Under the pieces are notes generated by a model. The model ran no database searches, was not told where the DNA came from, and saw only the letters and a program-made list of their open reading frames with translations. The translations under genes were made by a program, and so were the position numbers. 64,000 nt of DNA from an uncultured virus (IMG/VR IMGVR_UViG_3300020043_002236) (Duplodnaviria; Heunggongvirae; Uroviricota; Caudoviricetes; Crassvirales): positions 1 through 64,000 of the IMG/VR virus record IMGVR_UViG_3300020043_002236, one strand, 5' to 3'. Shown piece after piece: positions 17,475 through 24,748 of this stretch (position 1 is its first letter; every line of letters begins with the position of its first letter).

Positions 17475-17683
17475 AATCCTTTTTCTTTTTTAAATATTTC
17501 TAATACTTGTTCGTATGTTTTTAAAGTTTTATATACTTCTATTCCGTAATTACTTTTATCGAACCATTTAACAAACTCTAAAGCATAATCGTATGTTATG
17601 TTTTCTAATTCTATAATATTTTCTGCAACTGTTTCATTTGTTGGAGAATCGTGCCATTTTTGAAATTTTTCTTTTAAATTCAT
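17471..17683 (-). CDS. MNLKEKF...FKKEKGL paralogue
   Basis: 17601-17676 is identical to 354-429 (76 bp). Confidence 0.75.
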   Translation of the reverse strand: MNLKEKFQKWHDSPTNETVAENIIELENITYDYALEFVKWFDKSNYGIEVYKTLKTYEQVLEIFKKEKGL

Positions 17684-17849
17684 TATCGTAGTTTATTTAA
17701 GTTAAACACAAATTGACTACCATCTTCAAATTTGAACAATCCGTAATTCTTATTCTTTTCAATTAAAGTTCCTATTGAATCTTCTTTGAACTTGTATTTT
17801 GTTCCTAATTCCATTTTTACTAATGGTAAAAAAACTTTTTTATGTGTCA

Positions 17850-18173
17850 TTATCGTATGAAGTATTGGTTATCAAACTTGTAGCGTTGTCCGTTGTAGTT
17901 CTGTGCGTACACTAGTAGGTCGAACTGGTCTGTGCTTACCGCGATGCAGTTCTGTGTTAGTATCGTGGACAACTCTTCAATCTTCTTGATGAAGTGGCTA
18001 GTCCTAGCGTATGTACTCTCTAGTTCTACAATCAGAGTCGGCTCGTGCTCGTCCTCGTATCGTCCGATGCCGAACTTGTACGTGTCGATGTCGTAGTCCT
18101 CTCTTAACTTGTTGATGATTGCCTCTTGGCTCAATGGGTTGTTGTTTAATCCGATGTTTAAAGTTGCTTTCAT
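17850..18173 (-). CDS. Hypothetical early protein
   Basis: 107 aa ORF (LNIGL...EPTL...QNCIAV...FDNQYF). Confidence 0.7.
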   Translation of the reverse strand: MKATLNIGLNNNPLSQEAIINKLREDYDIDTYKFGIGRYEDEHEPTLIVELESTYARTSHFIKKIEELSTILTQNCIAVSTDQFDLLVYAQNYNGQRYKFDNQYFIR

Positions 18174-18242
18174 GATTAATTAATTTAGATTATTAAAAGT
18201 GTCTTTGTGTTACGCCCTTGTTGTCTCCGAATAGGAACTTGC

Positions 18243-18401
18243 TTATCTTGTTGTAGATTTTTGTCGCCATAATGATTTGCCTTTTTTTAAGATGTAATTT
18301 GATTGGTGCTTGTTTAGTCCGTGGTGGCTTGCCCAGTTTGTTGCGCTTAGCCAGTTGTTTACGTAGTCTAAATAGATACGTAGGATGTCGTTGTTAGTCA
18401 T
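18243..18401 (-). CDS. 52 aa early protein MTNNDILRIYLDYVNNWLS...
   Basis: Read manually; overlaps the stop of 18394..18648. Confidence 0.6.
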   Translation of the reverse strand: MTNNDILRIYLDYVNNWLSATNWASHHGLNKHQSNYILKKGKSLWRQKSTTR

Positions 18402-18648
18402 ATTTTTTAATTTTTACATAAGAAATAAATGTACCTTGAAAGTTAAATAACTCGTCATTACATTCTTCCATAAAATCATTTAGACTAAAAAACTGCGGAT
18501 AATCTTCGTCTTCGTCTTCTACGTTTAGATGTGATTTTAAATAATCTCTTAAGTCTGTATAACTTTCAAATACTTGTTCTTGTATCTCGTCACAAACTTT
18601 TCTTGCGTTTGTGTAATGTACTGGTATTGATACTATTGTTGTTTCCAT
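18394..18648 (-). CDS. Acidic early protein
   Basis: 19 D/E in 84 aa. Confidence 0.7.
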   Translation of the reverse strand: METTIVSIPVHYTNARKVCDEIQEQVFESYTDLRDYLKSHLNVEDEDEDYPQFFSLNDFMEECNDELFNFQGTFISYVKIKKYD

Positions 18649-18652
18649 TGTG

Positions 18653-18748
18653 TTAGTCTATTAAATAAGTTAGTAAATTAAATGTAATGATGATCAATAC
18701 GATCGTGATCTGTAGGTATAGTCTACCTTGCTTTTGTGATTTTGTCAT
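18653..18748 (-). CDS. 31 aa single-TM peptide MTKSQKQGRLYLQITIVLIIITFNLLTYLID
   Basis: Read manually; first ORF after ribozyme C. Confidence 0.55.
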   Translation of the reverse strand: MTKSQKQGRLYLQITIVLIIITFNLLTYLID

Positions 18749-18766
18749 GATGTTATTAATTAAATT

Positions 18767-18816
18767 GGTTAAGACTCCCGAAGGAGTTTCGTCTACTTAA
18801 GACTCGTCAGTTAACC
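18767..18816 (-). ncRNA. Type I hammerhead ribozyme (HHR-C)
   Basis: GGUUAA-CUGACGA-GUCU uaagu AGAC-GAAA-CUCC uucg GGAG-UC^UUAACC. Confidence 0.92.
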
Positions 18817-19024
18817 TACAACTTTCTATTTCAGTTAGGTACTCGTCGTAGAAGCTATTGAATAAATCTTGTGCCTCTTCCGTATATCTAACTTCATCAT
18901 CTGTTTCAATCTCAATTCCGTTTGGAAATTCAAAGCTATAGTCTGATTCATTTAGACCTTCTGAATAGTTGTACAATTTTTGAGATGCTAAATTACTTGC
19001 TAATTCAATTTCGTTGATGTTCAT
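18797..19024 (-). CDS. Highly acidic early protein between two hammerheads
   Basis: 20 D/E versus 3 K/R in 75 aa; last codons run into HHR-C. Confidence 0.75.
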   Translation of the reverse strand: MNINEIELASNLASQKLYNYSEGLNESDYSFEFPNGIEIETDDEVRYTEEAQDLFNSFYDEYLTEIESCRLTDES

Positions 19025-19041
19025 AATAATTAATTTTTAAT

Positions 19042-19091
19042 GGTTAAGACGCCTCTCGGCGTTTCGATCATTTAGATCTCGTCAGTTAACC
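19042..19091 (-). ncRNA. Type I hammerhead ribozyme (HHR-B)
   Basis: GGUUAA-CUGACGA-GAUC uaaau GAUC-GAAA-CGCC gaga GGCG-UC^UUAACC. Confidence 0.92.
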
Positions 19092-19285
19092 TATCTTCTA
19101 AACCCGAACGCATTACCTTGTTCGTCTATGTAGTACAATGCGTTTGATGTATAGCTTCCGTAGAATGATCCGCCAGTTGCTAGAGCTACTATTAAGAAGC
19201 AGGCTCCTGCATTTTTTCTTGCCTTGATTAGTTTAGTGAATTTCTCGTTTGTAATTTCGTTTGCTTTGTTGATAATTGATTTCAT
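19091..19285 (-). CDS. First early ORF, between HHR-A and HHR-B
   Basis: 64 aa ORF; its TAG stop abuts HHR-B. Confidence 0.65.
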   Translation of the reverse strand: MKSIINKANEITNEKFTKLIKARKNAGACFLIVALATGGSFYGSYTSNALYYIDEQGNAFGFRR

Positions 19286-19299
19286 AATAATAAATAATT

Positions 19300-19354
19300 A
19301 ACGTTTCGAGGTTCTGCCTCTCATCAGTACAGCGAGTTGTTAGCTGTATACGTT
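19300..19354 (-). ncRNA. Type III hammerhead ribozyme (HHR-A)
   Basis: AACG-UA^-UACAGC uaacaacuc GCUGUA-CUGAUGA-GAGG cagaa CCUC-GAAA-CGUU. Confidence 0.92.
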
Positions 19355-19691
19355 GCATCCTCATGACTATGTTTCCTTGTCGGTGTCGTGACGATGGCAC
19401 TGGGCTTTTAACCAGAGTGTGCTTACCCTATTTTATCCTGTTTTATCAGTCTGCCACTTTTTACATCTGTGGTCTCGATGGTTTGTTCGTTAGTGTAGGT
19501 GATTGATAGTTGATGTCTTTAGGATTGTAAAGCCTTTCTCGTCTCGTCCCTTTACTTTCACTGCCTCTCATTGGGTCAGGTAGGGATGAAGTTTCTAGTA
19601 TGCTATCCTACTGATTATCAAGCAGTTAGAAGCTAACTTGCTGGAAATCAATCACTTACAATAAAATTAAGAACGTGTCGCTCATTTGAAC
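19349..19691 (-). ncRNA. Putative structured ~340-nt leader RNA of the early transcript
   Basis: No long ORF; nested stems; bounded by a promoter and the HHR-A cleavage site. Confidence 0.5.
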
Positions 19692-19695
19692 ACTG

Positions 19696-19703
19696 CAATA
19701 CTA
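19696..19703 (-). promoter_or_regulatory. Putative early promoter -7 element
   Basis: TAGTATTG (1 mismatch to TAnnTTTG) with upstream TTG, heading the minus-strand run. Confidence 0.5.
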
Positions 19704-20024
19704 CGCAGTTAGTTTTAGTCTCACAAGAAAAAGTTTAATTATTTTTGATTTTGTTCGAATTTTTATGACATTCTCAGTGAATTGATTATTTTGATGAGAA
19801 TAATGCAACGAATAGTATACAATATTGCATATTATGTAACAAAAAATAACGAAGTTTGTTTAATGTGTTGATTATCAGTGTCTTACGTATTGTCTTTGCT
19901 TACTATTGGATTTGTGTGGGGAAGGTTTGGACGTGGGCTATTTCAAGCCTCTGTATATCTACGTGTAATACCAATTCACGCGCAAATATTCTCATGACGC
20001 GGGAAGTCCCGTAAACACTGGGAT

Positions 20025-20301
20025 TATGTCGAGTTTTGAAAAAATATGTCGGAAATATGTCAAGAATTTTGAGCTAACTTATTGATAATCAACAATCTAT
20101 GTTAATATGTCGTTTTTTACTATCCTAAATAGAATTTTTTTAAAAATATAAAATATATAAAATCATATATAGCCTATATAGGAAAAAAAACGTCAGTACG
20201 ACATGAGCTTTAACTTAACCCTTGCTATTGCTGGAATGTTGCTAAAAAAAACCGACATAAAATCGACATGCTCCCGACATATTTAATACCAACTTGACAT
20301 A
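20025..20301. other. Putative replication origin: inverted iteron arrays around an AT-rich core
   Basis: TATGTC(G/A) at 20025, 20045, 20056, 20106; inverse (C/T)GACAT at 20199, 20253, 20264, 20275, 20295; at the strand switch. Confidence 0.6.
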
Positions 20302-20333
20302 AATACGCTATCATATCGTAATAAATTAATTCG

Positions 20334-20341
20334 TATCTTTG
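20334..20341 (+). promoter_or_regulatory. -7 promoter element
   Basis: TATCTTTG before ORF 20371. Confidence 0.6.
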
Positions 20342-20370
20342 TCATGAATAATTTTAAATAACAAAACAAA

Positions 20371-20862
20371 ATGAAAACATGTAGTAAGTGTAAAGAAAAA
20401 AAGGAACTTTCTGATTTTAATATTGATAAAAGTAAATTGGATGGTCTTCGACCTGATTGTAAAATTTGCAGAAAAGAGGTTAGTAAAAAATATATTAGAC
20501 CATTAGAAAAAAAACCGCCAAAACCAAAAAGTTTAATGTTATTGGCTTATGAAGAAAAAGAACTTAAAAGAAAACAAAAAGCAATTCAATATAGAATTGA
20601 TAATAAAGAAAAATTAAAACAATATAGAGATTCTAAAAAAGAAGAAAAAAGATTGTATGATAAGCGATATAAGATAATTAATAAGGAAGTAATAAATCAA
20701 AAAGATAAGATATATAAAGAAGCAAACAAAGAACGATTAAAACAATACAGAGACTCGCGCAAGGAATTAAAGAGAGAGTATGATAAGCAGTATAAGATTG
20801 ATAACAAAGAACGCATCAACGAGAGAGATAGATTATATCAGCAACGTAAACGATTGGAATAG
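20371..20862 (+). CDS. Zn-finger plus charged helical repeat protein (endonuclease-like N-terminus, no nuclease domain seen)
   Basis: CSKC...CKIC; duplicated KE.LKQYRDS.KE.KR.YDK.YKI.NKE.IN unit. Confidence 0.65.
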   Translation: MKTCSKCKEKKELSDFNIDKSKLDGLRPDCKICRKEVSKKYIRPLEKKPPKPKSLMLLAYEEKELKRKQKAIQYRIDNKEKLKQYRDSKKEEKRLYDKRYKIINKEVINQKDKIYKEANKERLKQYRDSRKELKREYDKQYKIDNKERINERDRLYQQRKRLE

Positions 20863-21154
20863 TTTGGTATGGATCATATCAGTTACTCTCGGTAAAAAAA
20901 GTGAACTATAGGTACGTGTACGTGCGCGTATAGTAGTACGTGTATGTGCGTGATATAGTAGACACCTGCGTGTAGGGGTAGTGCAGTCCAGAAAAAGCCA
21001 AAAATTCTCGGCAAGTCCAGTGAAATCAGACCCCTACCCTTGATTTTAAGTCGTTTTCGTTTTGGCACCCCATCCGCAATATCTATATATAACCCAAACC
21101 CCCCACATATCTAACATTTTTTAAAAAAGTCTTGCGGCAATCGAAAATAATATT

Positions 21155-21162
21155 TATATTTG
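21155..21162 (+). promoter_or_regulatory. -7 promoter element
   Basis: TATATTTG, TTG at 21132, ATG 4 nt downstream. Confidence 0.65.
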
Positions 21163-21166
21163 CCAA

Positions 21167-21388
21167 ATGAAAGACGAATACATTAAGTTACGAACACAGG
21201 ACGACATGCCGATCAGCTGGTTCCATCGTTACTTTGTAGAGAAGACGGGTAGGAACATTCACTTCAATCACTTCCACATCTTCTTTATGAACGGGGACAT
21301 TCACGAGATAATGAACTACCTGGACAAGCAGTTCGACTTGACCGTAGTCATCAGTAAAAACGGTAGCGTAATTAAAGTAGTAGGTTAA
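21167..21388 (+). CDS. Hypothetical protein
   Basis: 73 aa ORF directly after a promoter. Confidence 0.7.
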   Translation: MKDEYIKLRTQDDMPISWFHRYFVEKTGRNIHFNHFHIFFMNGDIHEIMNYLDKQFDLTVVISKNGSVIKVVG

Positions 21389-21744
21389 ACATTGAATACC
21401 TTTGTAAATTATTCCAAACGTTTGAAATTGATAACGCAGAAACAATAGAACAGTATCTTTAGATATTTGAGGAACTGGCAATAATTTACATAAAGATACT
21501 ATCAGTAATGATAGACGCATTATCCCCTTGAGAAAGGTGAAACAAGCAACGTTAAAAATAGGTAGGTGTTGTATTTACCAAGATGCGAATGAGTTCTCAG
21601 CAAGTAGCAATAATTAAACTTAACAAATGGGTGTAGAGAGGAACTGCCAAATTGAAAACTACGTGACCCTACTCAAATAGAATTATACTAGAGATGGAAA
21701 CACAGAATATGTATAATATCATCACTGAAAGAGGGTGCTAATAT

Positions 21745-21867
21745 GACCGAGTGGCGGAATGGTAGACGCATAGGTTTTAAAGTGTCGGTAATCAAGATGA
21801 GTGTATAAGCAATAGAAGCTCTGAGAGAAAAACACACCTTTCACAGGTTCGAATCCTGTCTCGGTCA
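21745..21867 (+). ncRNA. tRNA-like RNA (Leu-type D-arm) with a 60-nt insert in place of the anticodon loop
   Basis: Acceptor GACCGAG/CTCGGTC, TGGCGGAATGGTAGACGC, ACAGG-TTCGAAT-CCTGT; AGGT(21772)/ACCT(21836) enclose 60 nt. Confidence 0.75.
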
Positions 21868-21973
21868 CGATAAGCGGTCCCTGGTTTAAGAGGTTAAACA
21901 CATCCGGGCTAATCTAAAACCTCCAGGCTGATCACCTGAAAAGTGCGAGTTAGGAATCCGCTGCCTAACAACA

Positions 21974-22047
21974 GGTCCCATAGCTCAGTTGGTTAGAGCG
22001 TCTGACTCATAATCAGGATGTCCATGGTTCGAGCCCATGTGGGACCA
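21974..22047 (+). tRNA. tRNA with CAT anticodon (Ile2-like or elongator Met)
   Basis: Full cloverleaf: GGTCCCA/TGGGACC, TCTGA-CTCATAA-TCAGG, CATGG-TTCGAGC-CCATG; no encoded CCA. Confidence 0.92.
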
Positions 22048-22416
22048 CAAACAGTACCTTCGACGCTACCCGTAGAACAGCGTCCCAGCGAAGGTCGTTT
22101 ACTTAAGGCATCGGTTTAGGCCTGGGCAGTCCCGGGCGCCGATGCTTTTACATATAATAATGCGATATAATACATTTTTATATGTTATAACGTATAGGAG
22201 AGTACTTTTCCCAACACTAAATGCACTATACCGCATATAAAGTTGGCAAATACCGGCGATGATTGCCGTTATTATATAGGTGGGTAGATATGTTCATTTA
22301 AAATCAGCGTTCATTATCAATGAACATTCAAATATAATGAACAATGTTCGATATTCTAGACATTTCTAGACATTTTGTGTATAATAACAATCAAATAATT
22401 TTATTACCTTTGTAGC

Positions 22417-22557
22417 ATGACAGAAATAGAAATTCAATCAAGATTCAATATCGGTCCAGCAATTGGATGGGGATATTACGGTAAGGACGAGGAGTTCGAC
22501 TACGGAGAGTTAATAATATATCTAACATTTATAAGTATACACATAAGATGGGAATAA
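22417..22557 (+). CDS. 46 aa protein MTEIEIQSRFNIGPAIGW..., probably leaderless
   Basis: Read manually; TACCTTTG (22405-22412) lies 4 nt before the ATG. Confidence 0.6.
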   Translation: MTEIEIQSRFNIGPAIGWGYYGKDEEFDYGELIIYLTFISIHIRWE

Positions 22558-22733
22558 AACTAGAAAACAACAACAAGCCGATGCCAACACAGGAGATCGG
22601 ATTGTACAGAATGGCCAAAGCTAAAAAGACTATGCACGAGGCTAAAGAGATGATGGAAAAATCTATGACGATGGCTAACGCCATTAACCTAGCTAAGACT
22701 ATTCCGACAATGTCGTTCATGAAAAAGAAATAA
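22548..22733 (+). CDS. Small basic Met-rich protein
   Basis: 61 aa ORF followed by a terminator. Confidence 0.55.
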   Translation: MGIKLENNNKPMPTQEIGLYRMAKAKKTMHEAKEMMEKSMTMANAINLAKTIPTMSFMKKK

Positions 22734-22770
22734 AAAATCCATTTTTTGCCTAAACATTTTTGTTTAGAAC

Positions 22771-22798
22771 GAGCACCCTAACGGGTGCTTTTGTTTTT
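22771..22798 (+). terminator. Intrinsic terminator
   Basis: GAGCACCC-TAAC-GGGTGCTT then T-rich tail. Confidence 0.75.
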
Positions 22799-22811
22799 AA
22801 TAAATAATATG

Positions 22812-22819
22812 TATATTTG
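22812..22819 (+). promoter_or_regulatory. -7 promoter element for groEL
   Basis: TATATTTG. Confidence 0.65.
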
Positions 22820-22842
22820 TCGAGAATTAAATCTAATATATA

Positions 22843-24447
22843 ATGACAAACTTCGGATACAGTCCAAAAGTTCTAGACTTTGAACAAGAAGGACGAGAAA
22901 AATTAATCAACGGCATCACCACGATTGCCAAGGCAGTAAAGAGCACACTAGGACCGCGCGGAAAGACCGTACTAATCGAGTCGATCAACCACACGCACGG
23001 TATTACAGTAACTAAGGACGGCGTAACAGTCGCTAAATCAATTGACCTACTAGACCCGGTAGAGAACCTGGCAGTAAAGATGATGAAAGAAGCGGCCGAC
23101 CGCACCGCAACAAGCGCAGGTGACGGTACCACAACGGCTATCGTACTAACAGAGGCACTGGTAAAGCACGGTCAGGACATGATCACTAGTAACCTGAACA
23201 CAACAGAGGTGATCAGACAGATCAACGACACAACAAACAAGCTAATAAGCCGACTAGAGAAGCGCTCAAAGAAGGTAACGGGTAAGACGTTGAACAACGT
23301 GGCTTCGATATCTGCCAACAACGACTCTGAGATTGGTAATTTGATCTCTGAAGCGTACGACAAGGTGGGTAAGACCGGCATCGTAACGGTTGAGAACTCA
23401 CAGACAGCTGAGACCTACTGCGAGTACACTAACGGTATCAAGGTAAACAGAGGGTACACGTCACAACTGTTCGTGAACGACCACAGAAAGGACGAGTGCA
23501 TACTAGAGGACGTACACATTCTAGTTACAGATCAGGAGATAAACAACATCCTATCGATCGAAAACGTGCTTAGAGACGTGATCCAAACAGGAAAAAAACT
23601 ATTAATTATCGGGCCGTGCAGTCAAAATGTAATTAACACACTGGCAATCAACGTAGTACAGAAAGGACTTAAGTTCTGTAACATCACACCGCCTGAGTTT
23701 GGGTATAAGAGAAACGAGCTGATGAACGACATCGCGTTGGCAGTAGGTGCCAAGTACTTCTCTGAGCAGACTGGAGACGACTTAAGTCTTATGACAATCG
23801 AGTCACTTGGTAAGGCTAAACGTGTAATCGTTGGAAGGGAATCGGCATCAATTATAAAATCAGAATCGACCACTGACGTGGTAGAAGAAAGAGTAGCTCA
23901 GTTATGGCAGGCTCACGACCTGAGTAATAAAAAGAACGATCAGGACTTTATCAAGGAGCGTATCGCGAGCTTAACGGGAGGAATTGCTGTGATTCACGTC
24001 GGAGGAAACTCTGACCTAGAACAGAAAGAACGCAAGGACAGGGTAGACGACGCAGTATGCGCGGTACGATCTGCACTGGAGGAGGGCATCTTACCTGGTG
24101 GTGGAGTAGCGCTGTTCAACGAGTCGTACGCGATCATTGCAGATGCAGACGACATGATCGAAGACATCAGCGCCGAGCAGTACGCGGCAATGCATATCGT
24201 GGCAAGAGCCATTCAGGCACCACTACTACAGATATTTGAGAATGCAGGACTAGACGGATACGAGTTGATGGAAGGATGTCAAGGATACACTGTTGGATTC
24301 GATATCAAGAACATGACAACCGGCGACATGTACAAGATGGGAGTAATCGATCCATTAAAGGTAACAAAGAACGCGCTGAAGAATGCCGTATCAGTATCGA
24401 CAACAGTGCTTAGTACTAACGCAATTATAACAATGGCAAGAGCATAA
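22843..24447 (+). CDS. groEL: Phage chaperonin GroEL
   Basis: TLGPRG, TKDGVTVAKSI, AGDGTTTA, EEGILPGGG, GVIDPLKV; no GGM tail. Confidence 0.97.
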   Translation: MTNFGYSPKVLDFEQEGREKLINGITTIAKAVKSTLGPRGKTVLIESINHTHGITVTKDGVTVAKSIDLLDPVENLAVKMMKEAADRTATSAGDGTTTAIVLTEALVKHGQDMITSNLNTTEVIRQINDTTNKLISRLEKRSKKVTGKTLNNVASISANNDSEIGNLISEAYDKVGKTGIVTVENSQTAETYCEYTNGIKVNRGYTSQLFVNDHRKDECILEDVHILVTDQEINNILSIENVLRDVIQTGKKLLIIGPCSQNVINTLAINVVQKGLKFCNITPPEFGYKRNELMNDIALAVGAKYFSEQTGDDLSLMTIESLGKAKRVIVGRESASIIKSESTTDVVEERVAQLWQAHDLSNKKNDQDFIKERIASLTGGIAVIHVGGNSDLEQKERKDRVDDAVCAVRSALEEGILPGGGVALFNESYAIIADADDMIEDISAEQYAAMHIVARAIQAPLLQIFENAGLDGYELMEGCQGYTVGFDIKNMTTGDMYKMGVIDPLKVTKNALKNAVSVSTTVLSTNAIITMARA

Positions 24448-24448
24448 C

Positions 24449-24748
24449 ATGTGGACAGCTAATAACACATCAGAAAACAAAATGAGTAAATTTCAACCAA
24501 TAAATAAGTACATAGTAATAAACGCAATTGACGAGCAGATCCAGACAGAGTCTGGACTGCTGCTGTCAGGAAGTGATAACGAAAAGTTTCGCTACAAAAA
24601 AGGCCAGGTCATTCGACCTGGCACCAATGTAGACTGTGTAAAAGAGGGGGACCTTATATATTATGATAAGGGAGCCGGTTACACTATGCTAATCAACGAT
24701 ATTCCGTACACGATCATACTAGAGCGTGACGTTGTCGTTGTCCTTTAG
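24449..24748 (+). CDS. groES: Co-chaperonin GroES (start may be 24482)
   Basis: QPINKYIVI, TESGLLL, VKEGDLIYY, ERDVV; follows groEL. Confidence 0.88.
   Translation: MWTANNTSENKMSKFQPINKYIVINAIDEQIQTESGLLLSGSDNEKFRYKKGQVIRPGTNVDCVKEGDLIYYDKGAGYTMLINDIPYTIILERDVVVVL

Noticed and set aside
191..17683. Diversity-generating retroelement explaining the paralogous repeats
   Set aside because: No reverse transcriptase seen, and copies differ by block swaps rather than adenine-specific substitutions.
19400..19415. CUGG-UUAAAAGC-CCAG hairpin resembling twister ribozyme P4/L4
   Set aside because: The upstream GC for pseudoknot T2 and the downstream T1 partner are missing.
19612..20092. Scattered TGATTATCA/TGATAATCA motifs as recombination sites
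   Set aside because: Only about three loose copies in AT-rich DNA and no recombinase in the window; insufficient support.
21745..21867. tmRNA or group I intron-containing tRNA-Leu
   Set aside because: A D-arm is present, there is no G3-U70 alanine identity or tag ORF, and the 60-nt insert is far too short for either.
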